Origin: a virus
Taxonomy: Duplodnaviria > Caudoviricetes
Strand: one strand, 5' to 3'
DNA: 45,188 nucleotides
IMG/VR virus record: IMGVR_UViG_3300046778_000113
Span: 1-45,188 of that record
The position numbers and the translations under genes were made by a program. Below, in pieces: positions 42,538 through 45,188 of this stretch (the stretch's first letter is position 1; every line of letters begins with the position of its first letter). A model generated the notes under the pieces. That model was not told the origin of the DNA and searched no databases. It saw only the letters and a list, made by a program, of their open reading frames with translations.

Positions 42538-43974
42538 ATGGAAATTAATGATTCACTTACTAATGTTTTATCTGGAATGGGGACAGTTAAGGACAAAAGC
42601 ACGTTTGTGTCTTTTGTGTTCTCCCCGCTTCCTGCCGATCAGCTTAGTGCAGCCTATCGCGGCGACTGGATAGCGGCCAAGGCTGTTGATATTCCGGCTA
42701 AAGATGCGACACGGGAGTGGCGCGCATGGCAGGCTGACAAGAAAGATATAACCCTGCTTGAGAAAGAAGAAAAGCGTCTTAACGTGCAAAAGTGCGTTCT
42801 TATGGCGCTTATCAAGTCTCGCCTGTATGGCGGTGCCGCTATTGTTATTGGTATAAGCGGTGACGATCCTACCAAAGAGCTAAATCCAGAGAATGTAAAA
42901 AAGGGCGGAATTGCCTACCTTCATGCAGTGTCGCGCCATGAGATTACAGCGGGCCCAATCAGCAAAGATTTACTATCGCCTTACTATGATCAGCCATCCT
43001 ATTACGAAGTTAATTCGGATGTGTCCGGCTTAGTAAGAATTCACCCCTCCCGCGTTGCGCGATTCCTTGGGCGTGAAATCCCAGACCGGAATCAGGCTGT
43101 TAACGGATGGGGTGACAGCGTTCTTGACGCCCTGAAAGATGCCGTGAAAAATGCCGGAGTATCTCAGGCGGAGGTCGCAACCATGATGCAAGAGGCTTGC
43201 GTAGATGTGATACGCATCCCGAACTTTATGCAGAATGTTGGCACGGCAGCTTATAGCAGCAAAATATTGCAGCGCTTCTCATTGGCGGCCACCGGCAAGT
43301 CAATCAATCGCGCGCTGATGCTTGATAAGGACGAAGAGTGGAGCAAGATATCGCAAAACTTCTCAAATCTTCCAGAGCTAATGCGACTATATCTTGGCAT
43401 AACTGCTGCGGCAGCTAACATACCTGCAATAAAATTTTTGGGTGAGTCTCCCGGCGGTTTAAATGCTACTGGGGCTAGCGACATACGTAATTATTACGAC
43501 GACGTTGCGAGCAAGCAAAAGAACGATATATCGCCAGCGATTTCGCCGCTTGATGAATGCCTAATTAGATCCGCACTAGGATCTCGCCCAGAAGAAATAT
43601 TTTATATCTGGAAGCCTCTTTGGCAAATGACCGAGACAGAAAAAGCAGACAACATGCTTAAGAAGTCTCAGGCTATTTCTAACTACGTTAACACCGGACT
43701 GGTCCCCAATGAGGTCTTGGCTACTGCTGCGCAAAATATGCTTATCGAGGATGGCTGTTTGCCGGGTCTTGAGAATGCAATGGATGAGTATGCAGAGCTT
43801 GCGGCGGCAGAGGTTGACGAGCCTATTGATGAGAATGATCCTGAGGTTGTTGCTCAATTTGAAAAGACAAATGCTGATCCTGTGGCTGCGCAAGAGGATG
43901 ATCCGATAACCGACGCGGAAATAACCGGAATCAAAAAGCTTCTCAATATGTACCGCGATTGGGCAGGCAAATAA
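42538..43974 (+). CDS. Portal protein (DUF1073 family)
   Basis: AYRGDWIAAKAVDIPA.DATREW, SRLYGG, IHPSRV and GESPGGLNATG motifs. Confidence 0.9.
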   Translation: MEINDSLTNVLSGMGTVKDKSTFVSFVFSPLPADQLSAAYRGDWIAAKAVDIPAKDATREWRAWQADKKDITLLEKEEKRLNVQKCVLMALIKSRLYGGAAIVIGISGDDPTKELNPENVKKGGIAYLHAVSRHEITAGPISKDLLSPYYDQPSYYEVNSDVSGLVRIHPSRVARFLGREIPDRNQAVNGWGDSVLDALKDAVKNAGVSQAEVATMMQEACVDVIRIPNFMQNVGTAAYSSKILQRFSLAATGKSINRALMLDKDEEWSKISQNFSNLPELMRLYLGITAAAANIPAIKFLGESPGGLNATGASDIRNYYDDVASKQKNDISPAISPLDECLIRSALGSRPEEIFYIWKPLWQMTETEKADNMLKKSQAISNYVNTGLVPNEVLATAAQNMLIEDGCLPGLENAMDEYAELAAAEVDEPIDENDPEVVAQFEKTNADPVAAQEDDPITDAEITGIKKLLNMYRDWAGK

Positions 43975-44912
43975 TGCTTCTCAATCGTGCACACAAAGAT
44001 GGCTGCCAATGCCATCTATTCACCGATGCAAACCGCAATGATCCAACGGGAACCAAGGGTATTCGCAATGCCTTTGAGTCCGCCCTTGTGGCCAGATTCA
44101 AGCGAATCAAGGCGCTTATCAATCAGGCGGTTGTGCAAAATGATGTGTTCGGATTAAAGAAGCGCGTAATCGGTGATTCTATTTCGAATAAAATCATGAT
44201 GGACGCTTCTGTGCCACCGCCAAGAGCATATGAATTTGTTCGATCTGCCGAGAAAGTGGATCAGTTCATGAATTGGCTGCGCGTTCAGCAAGAAGAAACC
44301 ATTCTGGAAATAATGCCGGGTGCTAACATTAAAAGCTCAGCACAGAGAGCTTGGTCAAATACCTACATCGACACCGCATACCAAAAAGGCATTCGTGATG
44401 CCGGAAATAAAATGCGCAAAGAGGGTGCGACCATTGGCGAATCGTGGATCAATAATTCATTCAATAGGCCTGTGCATGCGGATCGATTGGGGCTTATTTA
44501 CACGCGAACCTTTAGTGATTTAAACGGTATAACACAGGCTATGGATCAGCAGATAAGCCGTATTCTTGCACAAGGTATTGGCGAGGGTCGCGGCCCGATG
44601 GATATTGCCAGAGAGCTGAATGAGCGCGTAGATAAGATCGGAATCAGCCGCGCGCGTATGCTGGCCAGAACCGAAATAGTAAGCGCTCATGCGGAGGCGT
44701 CGATCAATGCCTATGAAGAGGCTGGGCTCGAAGGGGTAGACGTTGAGGCAGAGATTTTAAACGGCAGCGACCCATGCCCAGAATGCCAGGATCTTGCGGC
44801 CAATGGGCCCTACACAATAAGCGAGGCGCGCAGCCTAATTCCGGCGCACCCCAATTGCGTTTGCTCGCTAAATCCTAAAGTGGTCAATGGATCTGGAATA
44901 GATTTAATTTAA
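43974..44912 (+). CDS. Head morphogenesis protein (SPP1 gp7/Mu gpF-like)
   Basis: RARMLARTEIV.AH, CPEC and IPAHPNCVC motifs. Confidence 0.9.
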   Translation: MLLNRAHKDGCQCHLFTDANRNDPTGTKGIRNAFESALVARFKRIKALINQAVVQNDVFGLKKRVIGDSISNKIMMDASVPPPRAYEFVRSAEKVDQFMNWLRVQQEETILEIMPGANIKSSAQRAWSNTYIDTAYQKGIRDAGNKMRKEGATIGESWINNSFNRPVHADRLGLIYTRTFSDLNGITQAMDQQISRILAQGIGEGRGPMDIARELNERVDKIGISRARMLARTEIVSAHAEASINAYEEAGLEGVDVEAEILNGSDPCPECQDLAANGPYTISEARSLIPAHPNCVCSLNPKVVNGSGIDLI

Positions 44913-44913
44913 A

Positions 44914-44930
44914 GCCCTCGCAGGGAGGGC
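44914..44930. terminator. Hairpin between convergent genes
   Basis: GCCCTC-GCAGG-GAGGGC; T-run on the - strand. Confidence 0.5.
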
Positions 44931-44938
44931 AAAATCAA

Positions 44939-45188
44939 TTAAATTTGTTTTTCTGAGAGTTCGCGCAGAATAGATATTAAATCGTCTCGTTCTGCTTGAT
45001 ATGCTGCTGACTCTGCTGACTCTGCTGACTCTGCTGCTGACTCTGCTGACTCTGCTGACTCTGCTGCTGACCCTGCTGACTCTGCTGCTGACTCTGCTGC
45101 TGACCCTGCTGACTCTGCTGCTGACCCTGCTGACCGTGCTGCTGACTCTGCTGACTCTGCTGCTGACCCTGCTGACCGTGCTGCTGAC
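44939..45188 (-). CDS. C-terminal part of the SAA-repeat protein that begins at 601
   Basis: ...AESAESAAYQAERDDLISILRELSEKQI followed by a stop. Confidence 0.85.
   Translation of the reverse strand, partial: SAARSAGSAAESAESAARSAGSAAESAGSAAESAAESAGSAAESAESAESAAESAESAESAAYQAERDDLISILRELSEKQI
45002..45188. repeat. Tandem 9/12-bp repeat, right part
   Basis: Same units as at 1-152. Confidence 0.95.

Noticed and set aside
1502-44912. Alternative genetic code / stop-codon reassignment
   Set aside because: Core genes are full length under the standard code and the tRNA is not a suppressor.
45002-45188. Terminal repeats as a CRISPR array or true phage terminal repeats
   Set aside because: Units are 9/12 bp with no unique spacers and lie inside a coding frame; this is more simply an assembly break.

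Overview
The window is an essentially complete ~45 kb tailed-phage genome of siphovirus type; RdgC, TraR/DksA and lambda O/P-like genes suggest a gammaproteobacterial host. The contig is opened inside a 9/12-bp tandem repeat in a gene whose 5' half is at the left end and 3' half at the right end. The + strand carries packaging, head, tail and lysis genes (39258-44912, then 1168-18579); the - strand carries early, replication and recombination genes (19095-39173). No integrase or CI-type repressor is visible. The most striking non-ORF signal is an array of four integron-type gene cassettes (23386-25052) with well-formed attC sites and matching core sites but no integron integrase. All four ORFs are inverted relative to their attC sites, lie in line with phage early transcription, look phage-like, and have an in-frame TAA at the recombination core. 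Other signals: a ~390-bp MITE inserted in a terminator loop; eight TGATAA-N4-TTATCA-type operators overlapping promoters; a structured-RNA island with a non-canonical tRNA-Gly inside the head module; a small protein plus RNA switch plus terminator ahead of the capsid operon; an attenuator-like leader before the Rha/antirepressor gene; an RMF-like gene; and a -1 frameshift in the tail chaperone. All calls come from manual reading; no searches were run.
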